NCBI GenBank assembly: GCA_044371315.1
Contig: JBILTX010000002.1
Coordinates: 1-50,106 of the forward strand
Direction: 5' to 3'
Source: Alphaproteobacteria bacterium
GTDB taxonomy: Bacteria; Pseudomonadota; Alphaproteobacteria; JAJTHO01; CANGYM01
Length of the DNA: 50,106 bases
The notes below the pieces were generated by a model. It was not told the DNA's origin and ran no database searches. It saw nothing but the letters and a program-made list of their open reading frames with translations. The first letter of the stretch is position 1, and every line of letters starts with the position of its first letter. This document shows, piece after piece, positions 39,839 to 48,956 of this stretch. The position numbers and the translations under genes are program-made.

Positions 39839-40299
39839 ACGCTGTTCGGGATAACAAAGGCGCCCGTCGCGGCCTGATGCGCGTGGGTCGTGGTATTGGA
39901 AGCGGAAAAGGTAAAACCTGTGGTCGTGGCGGAAAAGGCCAGACTGCCCGTACCGGTGTCGCCATCAATGGGTTTGAAGGGGGCCAAATGCCCCTGCATC
40001 GTCGTTTGCCGAAAAAAGGCTTTACGAACATTTTTAAAAAGCAGTACGCTGTTGTGAATGTGGGCACCCTGCAGGCCGCTATCGCCAGCGGACGTTTGGA
40101 TGCATCTCAGACTGTAACCACCGCTGATCTTGTGCGCTTGGGGATTGCGTCTAAGGCCACCCACGGTCTTCGGGTTTTGAGCCAAGGGGACATCACAACA
40201 AAGATCACTCTGAGGATTCAGGGTATTTCGCAGGCTGCTCTTAAAAAAATAGAGGCTGCTGGAGGCTCTGTGGTTGTGGAGAGTTTTCTCGATCTTTGA
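39829..40299 (+). CDS. rplO: 50S ribosomal protein L15
   Basis: [38 protein letters not shown]... Confidence 0.97.
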   Translation: MQLNAVRDNKGARRGLMRVGRGIGSGKGKTCGRGGKGQTARTGVAINGFEGGQMPLHRRLPKKGFTNIFKKQYAVVNVGTLQAAIASGRLDASQTVTTADLVRLGIASKATHGLRVLSQGDITTKITLRIQGISQAALKKIEAAGGSVVVESFLDL

Positions 40300-40311
40300 G
40301 GCTGGTTTTCT

Positions 40312-41706
40312 CTATAAAGATTTTTTTTCATCGCGGGCCATTTTTTGGGCTTGCCGCAAGTCTTGAAGTTTGATCCACCCCTCATCCCCTTGTTTAAGGG
40401 TTAAGGATGCCCGTTGGATATGAATATCCGCTTGCTTTAGGTCATTGCCTAACAGGGCGATTTCCGCCAAAGAAAGTTCTGCCAGTCCCTTTTTGCCCAA
40501 ACCAGCCTGCGCGATGCTGAGCGATCGCCACGCCAAAGCATTATAGGGTTCTTTTTGCGCAGCAAAGCCCAAATGCTCTTCGGCGCTGCGGTAAAGGTCT
40601 TGTTTTTTGGCGTCGTTGGTTTCTTTTTTGGCCTGATTGATATAAGCATTGCCAAAAGAAAGGCGGATCAAGGCATCAAACGGAAGGGCTTGATAGGCTT
40701 TTTGATACGCAGCAAAGCTTTTGTCTTCGTGACCATTCATGGCCTCAAGCTGCCCAATGGTATCGTAAAGATAAGAATGCCAAGGGTGGGACGCCATAAG
40801 GTCTTTCATCCCCAAACGTCCCTGATCCACAAGATGCTGCCTGTAATCAGCGATGGCGCCGGCATAGAGGGCGTCTAGGGTGTTTTTATCAGAAGCCGAA
40901 AGGAGTTTCAGTTCATTTTCCGCCGTCAAAAAACCCGCCAATTTTCCCCGCACAAACGCAAGCTGATCATCTTGGCGCTGGGTGCTGCGTATGCCACGAT
41001 AGGGGGATTGGGCAATGGCTTTTTCTAAAAAATGCAGCCGCTCGGTGTCTGTGGGGTGCGTGCGCATATAGGGGCTGCCGTCTTCCCGCCATTGATTGGA
41101 AATGGAAAGACTATTAAGAAAATCATACAGCCCCTCCGGAGACAGTTTTAGCCGCTCTAAAACCGTCACGGCCGCCGCATCCGCCGAACGCTCTTGCGTG
41201 CGTGTGTATTGCAGAAAATTTTGCAGCGTCAACTGGGCACCGCCGGTTAAAATGGCAAATCCAACTTCCGGACTGCCCAAAAGAAGGGCGGTGGTGGTTC
41301 CCAAAACATAGGTTAAAATTTGGGGGGTGCTCAGTTTATCCAGCTGATCCTTCGTGCGTGCCAGATGGCCGCCGGAAATATGACCGACTTCGTGGGCAAT
41401 GACACCGATTACCTCGTCGGCGCGTTTGGCTTTGGTTAAAAGGCCCGTATGAAAAAAAATATTTTGCCCCCCCGCCACAAACGCATTCACCGCCGGATCA
41501 TGAACAATAAAAATGCGAATGCTTTGGGGATGCAGCCCTGCGGCCTCAAAAACCGGTGTGGAAAAATCTCGCAAAACAGCTTCTATTTCGGCATCTCGAA
41601 TCAAACTGGGTCCCGCCGCTTGGGCCGACAACAAAGGGTTAATGCTTAGCGTTAAAACCAGCATCAAGGCAAAAACAAACGAAAAAACCTTATAGAAACG
41701 CATCAA
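40312..41706 (-). CDS. periplasmic M48-family zinc metalloprotease with TPR repeats (BepA/YfgC-like)
   Basis: Signal peptide, zinc motif HEVGHISGGH, and a C-terminal TPR-like helical region. Confidence 0.8.
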   Translation of the reverse strand: MMRFYKVFSFVFALMLVLTLSINPLLSAQAAGPSLIRDAEIEAVLRDFSTPVFEAAGLHPQSIRIFIVHDPAVNAFVAGGQNIFFHTGLLTKAKRADEVIGVIAHEVGHISGGHLARTKDQLDKLSTPQILTYVLGTTTALLLGSPEVGFAILTGGAQLTLQNFLQYTRTQERSADAAAVTVLERLKLSPEGLYDFLNSLSISNQWREDGSPYMRTHPTDTERLHFLEKAIAQSPYRGIRSTQRQDDQLAFVRGKLAGFLTAENELKLLSASDKNTLDALYAGAIADYRQHLVDQGRLGMKDLMASHPWHSYLYDTIGQLEAMNGHEDKSFAAYQKAYQALPFDALIRLSFGNAYINQAKKETNDAKKQDLYRSAEEHLGFAAQKEPYNALAWRSLSIAQAGLGKKGLAELSLAEIALLGNDLKQADIHIQRASLTLKQGDEGWIKLQDLRQAQKMARDEKKSL

Positions 41707-44213
41707 TACATTCCATCCAGACTCTCAGGAGATTCTCCAGATCCTTCTTGAGACGGCCCCGTGCTATCCCCAGGAACCTCCACGGTTTTTTGCTCTAAAT
41801 CTTGACCGGGGATAAAGGCTTCGATAATGCTGCCAGGTGTATCAGGGGGAACAACCACCCCCGATTGTAAATCTGTGGACACCAAGCGAATCCCCGGCGG
41901 CATCCGAAATGGCACAGAGGGCATGGTGGGCAAAATGCTTTTCATAAAATCAATAAACACCGGAACCGCCACGCTGCCACCGGTTTCTTTACGGCCAAGG
42001 GTTTGGGGCTGGTCATAGCCGTAATAAATCCCCACCACCAGATCAGGGGAAAAGCCCAAAAACCAAACATCGCGGCTGTCGTTGGTGGTTCCCGTTTTTC
42101 CCGCCAAGGCATAGCCCGGAAACGTCGCGCCAATTTTGGCCCCCGTTCCCCGTGCCACAACCCCGCTGAGGATATTCACAACCTGATAAACATGACGGGG
42201 ATCCGCCAACGTTTCCCGATCATCGGGCAACAGCGGGGGATCTTGATCTTGCCACGTTTGATTCAAACATGCGTCGCAAGGACGATTGTCATGGCGAAAA
42301 ATGGTTTTTCCATAGCGATCCTGAATGCGATCCACCAAAGACGGACGGATTTTTTTACCACCATTGACCAGCTCGCCGTAGGCCTGTGTCATTTTCAAAA
42401 GCGTAGTTTCATTGGACCCAAGAACCGAAGAATAGTAAGGAGGCATTTTATCATAAATCCCAAACCGATGGGCAACATCCTGTATAGGCTTTAACCCTAT
42501 GGCCAGCGCAAGACGCACAGTCATCAGGTTACGCGAAAGTTCCATGCCCCGCCGCAAAGTGGTGAGACCATAAAAATCATCGGAATAATTGCTGGGTCTC
42601 CAGATACGGTCCTGATCCGCACCCAAAATTTCCATCACCACCGGCGCATCCAAAAGGCGACTATTAGGGGCATAGCCGGATTCCATCGCGGCCAAAGCCA
42701 CAAAGGGTTTAAACGAAGAGCCAGGTTGCCGCGTGGCCTGCGTGGCACGGTTAAATTCACTGCCATCAAAGGAGGTCCCCCCCACCATGGCATAAATACG
42801 CCCTGTGTGGGGATCCAGAGCCATCATGGCCCCATTGACTTTGGGCACTTGCTGAATGATCCATCTCACGGATTCCTTGGAGGGTTCCATTTTTTCGGCG
42901 ATACCTTCAACGGGGACAGGGGGTTCTTTGGCAATCCAAAGGATATCTCCCACAGAGAAGACATCTTTAAAGGATGTAATAGGGGCAAAAGGCTGGCCTT
43001 TTTTGACCACTCGCATTTTCCAAGCCAAGGCGGAACGAGGCAACGTTAGAATATCGCCGCCTTCGGTGGTGCCAGAAACAGATTCTTTTTCCACGGATTG
43101 AAGATACAAAAGCGTCCACCCCAAACGCTGAAACGCATGGGCATAGTGACGCCAACAAAGGACATTGTTGGGATCATCGCAGGCCGTTGGCAAAGACGGG
43201 GCATGCCCCACAACGCCATCCCAAGCCCGAGCGCGACGATCAAAAGCCACAGCTCCCCGCATGAAAGCCTTTTGCGCCTGTTCCTGCATCATGGGGTTTA
43301 GGGTTGTGCGCACAGACAAACCGCCTGTATACAGGGCCTGAGACCCATAACGATTCACCAAATCCCGCCGGATTTCTTCAGCGAAATAGGGGGCATCGAC
43401 ATAGGAAAGGGTAAAGGGTTTGGGAGGCAAAAGAGGTTTTTTTTGATACAACGCCACCGCGTCTGGTTTTAAAACCCCCGTTTCCGCCATGCGGGAAAGA
43501 ACCCAATTGCGCCTAGCCAAGGCAGCATCATGGTTTTTAACGGGGTGATAGTTGCTGGGGGCCTTGGGCAAAGCGGCGAGAAAAGCAGCTTCATCAGGGG
43601 TTAATTCTGTTAACGCTTTGCCAAAATACCGCTGGGACGCACTGCCAATGCCATAACTGCCTAATCCAAAATAAATTTCGTTAAGGTATAATTCTAAGAT
43701 GGTTTCTTTAGAAAGGGCCTTTTCAATACGAAAGGCCACGATGGCCTCTTTGACTTTCCGCTCTAAGGATTTTTCATTGCCAACCAAAAAGTTTTTGGCA
43801 ACTTGCTGGGTGATGGTGGACGCCCCCTGACGTCGCCCTGTATGATTGACCCACGACCAAGCATTCAGGAAAACAGCCCGCGTGACACCCCGAAAACTGA
43901 CACCCTTGTGGTGAAAAAAATCTGCATCTTCGGATGCTAAAAACGCATGAACCACTAGGGGCGGCATCATACTATAGGGCACAAAAACACGCCGCTGATC
44001 TGCATATTCTGTGATCATTTGTCCATCAGCCGCATAAAGGCGCGTTGTGATCTTTGGGGTGTATTGTTTTAAGGTTTCATGATCCGGTAAATTACGGCTG
44101 AAATACACATATCCAATGCCAAGGGCTACAGCCCCCACCATTCCCAAAGACAATAGGATAGAAAGTGTTAAAACCAAAAAACGGCGGGGGCTTCGCATAA
44201 TCACGGCTGCCAA
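41703..44213 (-). CDS. mrcA: penicillin-binding protein 1A (bifunctional transglycosylase/transpeptidase)
   Basis: GT51 motifs EDADFFHHKG and RKVKEA. Transpeptidase motifs SSFKPF and KTGTTND. The start could be 44213 or the ATG at 44198. Confidence 0.93.
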   Translation of the reverse strand: MAAVIMRSPRRFLVLTLSILLSLGMVGAVALGIGYVYFSRNLPDHETLKQYTPKITTRLYAADGQMITEYADQRRVFVPYSMMPPLVVHAFLASEDADFFHHKGVSFRGVTRAVFLNAWSWVNHTGRRQGASTITQQVAKNFLVGNEKSLERKVKEAIVAFRIEKALSKETILELYLNEIYFGLGSYGIGSASQRYFGKALTELTPDEAAFLAALPKAPSNYHPVKNHDAALARRNWVLSRMAETGVLKPDAVALYQKKPLLPPKPFTLSYVDAPYFAEEIRRDLVNRYGSQALYTGGLSVRTTLNPMMQEQAQKAFMRGAVAFDRRARAWDGVVGHAPSLPTACDDPNNVLCWRHYAHAFQRLGWTLLYLQSVEKESVSGTTEGGDILTLPRSALAWKMRVVKKGQPFAPITSFKDVFSVGDILWIAKEPPVPVEGIAEKMEPSKESVRWIIQQVPKVNGAMMALDPHTGRIYAMVGGTSFDGSEFNRATQATRQPGSSFKPFVALAAMESGYAPNSRLLDAPVVMEILGADQDRIWRPSNYSDDFYGLTTLRRGMELSRNLMTVRLALAIGLKPIQDVAHRFGIYDKMPPYYSSVLGSNETTLLKMTQAYGELVNGGKKIRPSLVDRIQDRYGKTIFRHDNRPCDACLNQTWQDQDPPLLPDDRETLADPRHVYQVVNILSGVVARGTGAKIGATFPGYALAGKTGTTNDSRDVWFLGFSPDLVVGIYYGYDQPQTLGRKETGGSVAVPVFIDFMKSILPTMPSVPFRMPPGIRLVSTDLQSGVVVPPDTPGSIIEAFIPGQDLEQKTVEVPGDSTGPSQEGSGESPESLDGMY

Positions 44214-45565
44214 GATACGTTTTGAGAATTTTTAGGATGATCCCTGAAATAAGACTGTGTTGCTGCGACAATCCCTTTTACGAGCTTTTCTCGATGGCTT
44301 TTTTGCAGCAAAAGCCATTCCTCTTTGGGATTCGATAAATAACCCATCTCAATTAGAACTGATGGCACATCTGGCGCCTTTAAAACCACAAACCCTGCAA
44401 AACGATGGGATTCGTATTTCAGTTTAACAGAAGAAGACAGCTCTGTCACCAATCGTGTGGCATAATCGGCCGAAGCATTCATGGTACCCCGTTGAACCAG
44501 ATCAATCAAAATGTTGCTGACGTCCTGAGATTCCCCTGACAAATCTACGCCGGCAATAATATCAGATTGGTTCTCTTTGTTGGCCAGCTTGGCGGCTTCT
44601 CGATCAGAGGCACGCTCAGAAAGGGTATAGACAGACATGCCCGTGGCCTCGGTATTGATGGCGGAATCCGCATGCAGAGAAATAAACAAATCCGCCTTGG
44701 CTGATCGGGCCACATCAATGCGCCCTCTCAGGGATACATATTGATCGCCATTGCGCGTCATAACCACTTTGTATCCTGGCAACGCTCGAAAGGCTGCGGC
44801 CAATTCTTGCGCTGCTTTTAAAACCAAATTCTTTTCTTGCGTGCCGCGCTTCCCTGTGGCCCCAGGATCTTTCCCTCCATGACCTGGGTCCAAAACAATA
44901 ACAATGGGCTCTTTGGAAACAGGGGAAAAAGGGGTGTTTTTTTCTGGTTCCAAAGAATCCAAAGCGGCGGTTTGTTTTTCCTGCTTCACGGTTTCTTGAA
45001 TCGCTTCAGAGCTTTGGGGGGACGATAACATAACGGGCGGCAAAGTGGTTGCTGACGGTGTTTTCAAAGATGTCCTTAAAGATTTTTCATGATCCGGCGT
45101 ATCTTGAAGAGGCGAATCTTGCCTTGTCATCATCAAAGGCCGAGGGGGAGATTCCTGAGAAATAACAGGTTTTTTCTTTGCCACTATGGGATTGGCAGGG
45201 CGGATTTTGGAAAAGGTAATGGAAAGGATGGGGGGGCGGTAACCGGCCTCAACCGAGGCGCTTCCTGTCAAATCAAAAACCAATCGATAGGTATCAGGTG
45301 TATTTTTTGCCCGACGAAAGGATTTAATGAAACCTCCCTTAGGCAGAGAAGGATTTTGGGCGTTCCATGTTGTTTTTTTCAAATCAATCACCAAACGGTC
45401 GGGATGGGTCAACGTAAAAACCCGCATCTCTGGCTTTGTTTTTTCTAAAAAGGTCATCTGGATCGACGTTGGGCCCACCTTTACCGCCATCAGGGCATTG
45501 GGATCGGCGTTGGCTCTAACCCCAAAGGCCAAAATCAAAAAAAATAACCATAGTGTGGCCTTCAT
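44201..45565 (-). CDS. N-acetylmuramoyl-L-alanine amidase, AmiC-like (AMIN domain + Amidase_3)
   Basis: Signal peptide, AMIN-like N-domain (VFTLTHPDRLVIDL), Pro/Ser-rich linker, and catalytic domain IVLDPGHGGKDPGA...SLHADS. Confidence 0.88.
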   Translation of the reverse strand: MKATLWLFFLILAFGVRANADPNALMAVKVGPTSIQMTFLEKTKPEMRVFTLTHPDRLVIDLKKTTWNAQNPSLPKGGFIKSFRRAKNTPDTYRLVFDLTGSASVEAGYRPPILSITFSKIRPANPIVAKKKPVISQESPPRPLMMTRQDSPLQDTPDHEKSLRTSLKTPSATTLPPVMLSSPQSSEAIQETVKQEKQTAALDSLEPEKNTPFSPVSKEPIVIVLDPGHGGKDPGATGKRGTQEKNLVLKAAQELAAAFRALPGYKVVMTRNGDQYVSLRGRIDVARSAKADLFISLHADSAINTEATGMSVYTLSERASDREAAKLANKENQSDIIAGVDLSGESQDVSNILIDLVQRGTMNASADYATRLVTELSSSVKLKYESHRFAGFVVLKAPDVPSVLIEMGYLSNPKEEWLLLQKSHREKLVKGIVAATQSYFRDHPKNSQNVSWQP

Positions 45566-45587
45566 GGTTTTTCTTTTTCTTATTTTT

Positions 45588-47381
45588 TTAAGATTCCAGC
45601 ACGGTTTTAACAGTCCCTGCCAATTGTTTCAAGCTAAAGGGTTTGGGGATAAAATGGATGTGATCTAAGCTTTCTAATTTTTTTCGGATGTTTTCTTCCG
45701 CATAACCAGAAACACAAATCACTTTTAGATGGGGATCTTTTTTGCGCATGATTTCAATTAAAGTTGGCCCATCAATGACCGGCATCATCACATCCGTCAG
45801 CAAAAGATCGATTTTCAAATCAGGATCGTTTTGCAGGATCTGTAAGGCCACATCACCGCTGCGGGCTTCAATGACTGTATAACCCTTGTTTTTCAAAACA
45901 CGAGAGCTGAAAATGCGCACGGGATCTTCATCTTCAACCAGCATGATGGTGCCCATACCTGTCAGATCACCGGTTTTTTCTTCGGCCACAACCTCAGCAA
46001 CGCGTTCAGGTCCTGTATAGCGGGGCAAATAAATTTTAAAGGTTGTGCCGCGTCCTAGGGTGCTATTCACCTCAATAATGCCCCCACTTTGGCGAACAAT
46101 TCCGTAAACGGTGGCCAAACCCAAGCCTGTGCCTGAGCCTACCTCTTTTGTGGAAAAGAAGGGATCAAAAATTTTGTTTAAATGGGTCGGATCAATGCCC
46201 TTACCTGTATCGGTTACACTGAGAATGACATAATCCCCTGAAGGGGTGGTGTCATTCCCGATATTCAGAGCCTCTGTCAATGTCACGTTTTCTGTGCGTA
46301 GAAACAACGATCCCCCATGTTCCATAGCATCTCTGGCGTTGACGCATAAATTGACAATCACTTGTTCTAGCTGTGTTTTGTCGGCGCGGACGTTCCAGAC
46401 CTCTCTGACATGCTGAACATCCAATTGAATGGATTCACCAATCAATCGCTGAAGCAAATGGGTAATTTCTGCAATGGCATCGGGTATTTTTAAAATCTGC
46501 AGTTCCAGTTTTTGTTGACGGGAAAATGCCAACAATTGACGCACCAAGGCCGTGGCCCGTTTGGCATTTTGATGGATATGGTTGATATCGGCAAAAGAAG
46601 GATCGCCCGCAATATGACGCTGCAACAAAAGATCACAAAATCCACTGATGGCTGTGAGCAAATTATTAAAATCATGGGCAATGCCCCCCGCCAACTGCCC
46701 CACGGCCTGCATCTTTTGGGACTGGGAAAATTGCATTTCTAGGAGTTTACGATCGGTAATGTCCATCAGATACACCAAAAACTCCGCAGGCAGGTTTTTT
46801 TTGTCCGATGACAACAATTGCAAATGAACCAACAATGTTTTTTCAGGGCCAGAAAGATCAATTTTTTTCAACACATTAAAGGATTTTAAAGGCATTTCAA
46901 AACGAGCATAACGTTTTTCGGCAACAGAGGTTTCAAATTGAGAGGCAATGTAGGACTTTTGTGACTCATCAATAAAATCAAGAAAATCCTGATTAAAAAT
47001 ACGATCCTCTTCCAGTCCGATCATATCGCAGAACGCAGGATTCATGCTTTTAATTTTACGACTCTCTTCCAAAAGGGCTAATCCAAAAGGGGCATTAAAG
47101 AAATAGGATTGAAGGAGATCTTTGTCCTGCAAAATGATTTGCTGACCCCGTGTATAGGATAGTTCTGAAAAGCGGGATCTTGTGTTTTGTTTTCGTTTAT
47201 AACTTTGAAAAAAAACAACCCCGAAAAGCGTTACACTGGCCATTAGCAGAAAAAAACACCAGACATAAAGAAATAAAAAGGTTTTTGCGGTGCTTGTCAG
47301 ATAGACCGCCAAGCAGGTCACAAAGACCATGAAGCCTGCGGTTATAAAAAATCCTTTTTTGGAGCTAAAGAAGGCTTTCAT
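45588..47381 (-). CDS. hybrid sensor histidine kinase/response regulator (TM + PAS + HisKA + HATPase + REC), CckA-like
   Basis: N-terminal TM helices, PAS-like region, H-box [18 protein letters not shown], ATPase boxes DTGKGID and [13 protein letters not shown], and a receiver with LLLTDVMMP. Confidence 0.85.
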   Translation of the reverse strand: MKAFFSSKKGFFITAGFMVFVTCLAVYLTSTAKTFLFLYVWCFFLLMASVTLFGVVFFQSYKRKQNTRSRFSELSYTRGQQIILQDKDLLQSYFFNAPFGLALLEESRKIKSMNPAFCDMIGLEEDRIFNQDFLDFIDESQKSYIASQFETSVAEKRYARFEMPLKSFNVLKKIDLSGPEKTLLVHLQLLSSDKKNLPAEFLVYLMDITDRKLLEMQFSQSQKMQAVGQLAGGIAHDFNNLLTAISGFCDLLLQRHIAGDPSFADINHIHQNAKRATALVRQLLAFSRQQKLELQILKIPDAIAEITHLLQRLIGESIQLDVQHVREVWNVRADKTQLEQVIVNLCVNARDAMEHGGSLFLRTENVTLTEALNIGNDTTPSGDYVILSVTDTGKGIDPTHLNKIFDPFFSTKEVGSGTGLGLATVYGIVRQSGGIIEVNSTLGRGTTFKIYLPRYTGPERVAEVVAEEKTGDLTGMGTIMLVEDEDPVRIFSSRVLKNKGYTVIEARSGDVALQILQNDPDLKIDLLLTDVMMPVIDGPTLIEIMRKKDPHLKVICVSGYAEENIRKKLESLDHIHFIPKPFSLKQLAGTVKTVLES

Positions 47382-48334
47382 CGCGGGAGTTCTTTTTTTA
47401 TAAAGGATTCAATGGATTCAATAATTAAGTGGGGGAAAATATCCGCCAAATTTTTTTCCCTAAAGATTTTTACCCATGGTCCTCGCTGGGCACAACGCAC
47501 AGGATCCGAAGCATGAGAAAAAAGAGCCACAGTGGGTGTCCCAGCAATACTAAGAAGATGTAAGGGTCCTGTATCATTGCCAATAGCAACCGTGGCTTGG
47601 CTGCCCAAGGTGGCCAAGTCGCGAAACTGCGTCTTTCCTGTCATATCAATGCATTCAGGAACAGCCTGTTTGATGTGATCATTAAGGGGGGCATCGATAT
47701 GGGTCCCTATTAAAAGGGGTGTGATGCCTTGCCCCACCAAATACGATGCTATATCGGTGTAATAAGATACAGGCCAACGTTTTTCAGGGCGATGGGCTGA
47801 CCCGCCAGGTACCAAAAGGGCAAAGGGCGTTTGCGGGCAAACAACATCAGACGATAAAGCCCAATCCACCCGTGGTGGATAAAAATGCGTCAAACCGGCC
47901 AGTGCCAATTGTTCGTTTAATCGTTCAATGGTGTGCATGGTTTTTCGGTGGGGTGTATTATGGTGATACCGACAGCCCGCCACTGCCCCCGACCATTCAT
48001 TGGGGCGATGGGGCCAAAGCATCCAAAAATAAAACGCCGTTCGGTCGCTGTTTTGTAAATCGTACACGCGGTGGAACTGTTGATACAAAAACCAAGATCG
48101 AAGGTCTTTGATTCCTTGAATGTCCCAAAATTTAGGCTTTTTATCCTCAAAAACGTCATCAAACCAAGGAACGTCGGCTGCAATGTTGTGATAGGGGGCA
48201 CAGGTTAATAAAGTGATCCCATCATGAGGATGATGGGATCGTATGGATTCAAAGGCCCCCATCGCTTGGACAAAATCGCCAAAAGCTCCATGCTTAATGA
48301 CCAGAATACGCTGGGGTGTCATCCTGAAAATCAA
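47378..48334 (-). CDS. glycosyltransferase family 9 (ADP-heptose:LPS heptosyltransferase-like)
   Basis: ILVIKHGAFGDFVQAMGAFESIR... and C-terminal GNDTGPLHL, typical of GT9. Its stop overlaps the kinase start (ATGA at 47378-47381). Confidence 0.8.
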   Translation of the reverse strand: MIFRMTPQRILVIKHGAFGDFVQAMGAFESIRSHHPHDGITLLTCAPYHNIAADVPWFDDVFEDKKPKFWDIQGIKDLRSWFLYQQFHRVYDLQNSDRTAFYFWMLWPHRPNEWSGAVAGCRYHHNTPHRKTMHTIERLNEQLALAGLTHFYPPRVDWALSSDVVCPQTPFALLVPGGSAHRPEKRWPVSYYTDIASYLVGQGITPLLIGTHIDAPLNDHIKQAVPECIDMTGKTQFRDLATLGSQATVAIGNDTGPLHLLSIAGTPTVALFSHASDPVRCAQRGPWVKIFREKNLADIFPHLIIESIESFIKKELPR

Positions 48335-48337
48335 CGA

Positions 48338-48871
48338 TTATTGAGGATCCATCGGGGTGTCCATGGGGGGGGTCATAGGGGCAGCAGAATCCCCTTTTTT
48401 GTGCTGCATCACAGGGTCTTTGCCCATGCCGTGGGATGAAGGATTCATTATGCCGTCACGGGAACATTTTCTATAAGTAAACCATATTTTTCTCTGCTCA
48501 GGGGTTAAAATACGCCACACTTGAAGATCTGATTCAAATCGGGCACTGTTCATGGCAGAGGACGCGGCGTTATAATCCCCAAACAATCTTTTTAGGTCAT
48601 CTTCTTTTGTGGCGGTGTTTTCAAGGCCCTGATAGAGGGCGCGTTTCTTCTCACGCATATCAGAACGGGCCTGCCGTAGGACATCCCCTTGCTTTTCATC
48701 AATGGCGCGAAGTTTCTTTTCAAGATCTGCGGGGGGCTTAAGGGCCTCAAGAGAGCGTTCAAACGGAGATTTACACATCATAGGGCGATTTTTGTCTGCC
48801 CCCTGCGGTGCGGCCGCCCAAGACGCCGTTACCAAAGCCAGCATCAAAACCAGTGTACGAACGATGATCAT
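48338..48871 (-). CDS. periplasmic Spy/CpxP/ZraP-family protein with a Met/His/Pro-rich C-terminal tail
   Basis: Signal peptide MIIVRTLVLMLALVTASWA, helical body with LTxxQ-type motif LTPEQRKIW, and tail HGMGKDPVMQHKKGDSAAPMTPPMDTPMDPQ. Confidence 0.6.
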   Translation of the reverse strand: MIIVRTLVLMLALVTASWAAAPQGADKNRPMMCKSPFERSLEALKPPADLEKKLRAIDEKQGDVLRQARSDMREKKRALYQGLENTATKEDDLKRLFGDYNAASSAMNSARFESDLQVWRILTPEQRKIWFTYRKCSRDGIMNPSSHGMGKDPVMQHKKGDSAAPMTPPMDTPMDPQ

Positions 48872-48892
48872 AAGACCCCCCTAAAAAACAAA

Positions 48893-48940
48893 AGGACAAT
48901 TGCATATGACTATAGGGGGGAATCCCTCACAGGACAATTG
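48893..48940. repeat. exact 10-bp direct repeat AGGACAATTG x2 (starts 48893 and 48931) in the intergenic region upstream of the Spy/CpxP-like gene
   Basis: Read directly from the sequence. Each copy contains the palindrome CAATTG, and the start-to-start spacing is 38 bp. Confidence 0.85.
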
Positions 48941-48956
48941 TTTTTTGACCGAAGGT

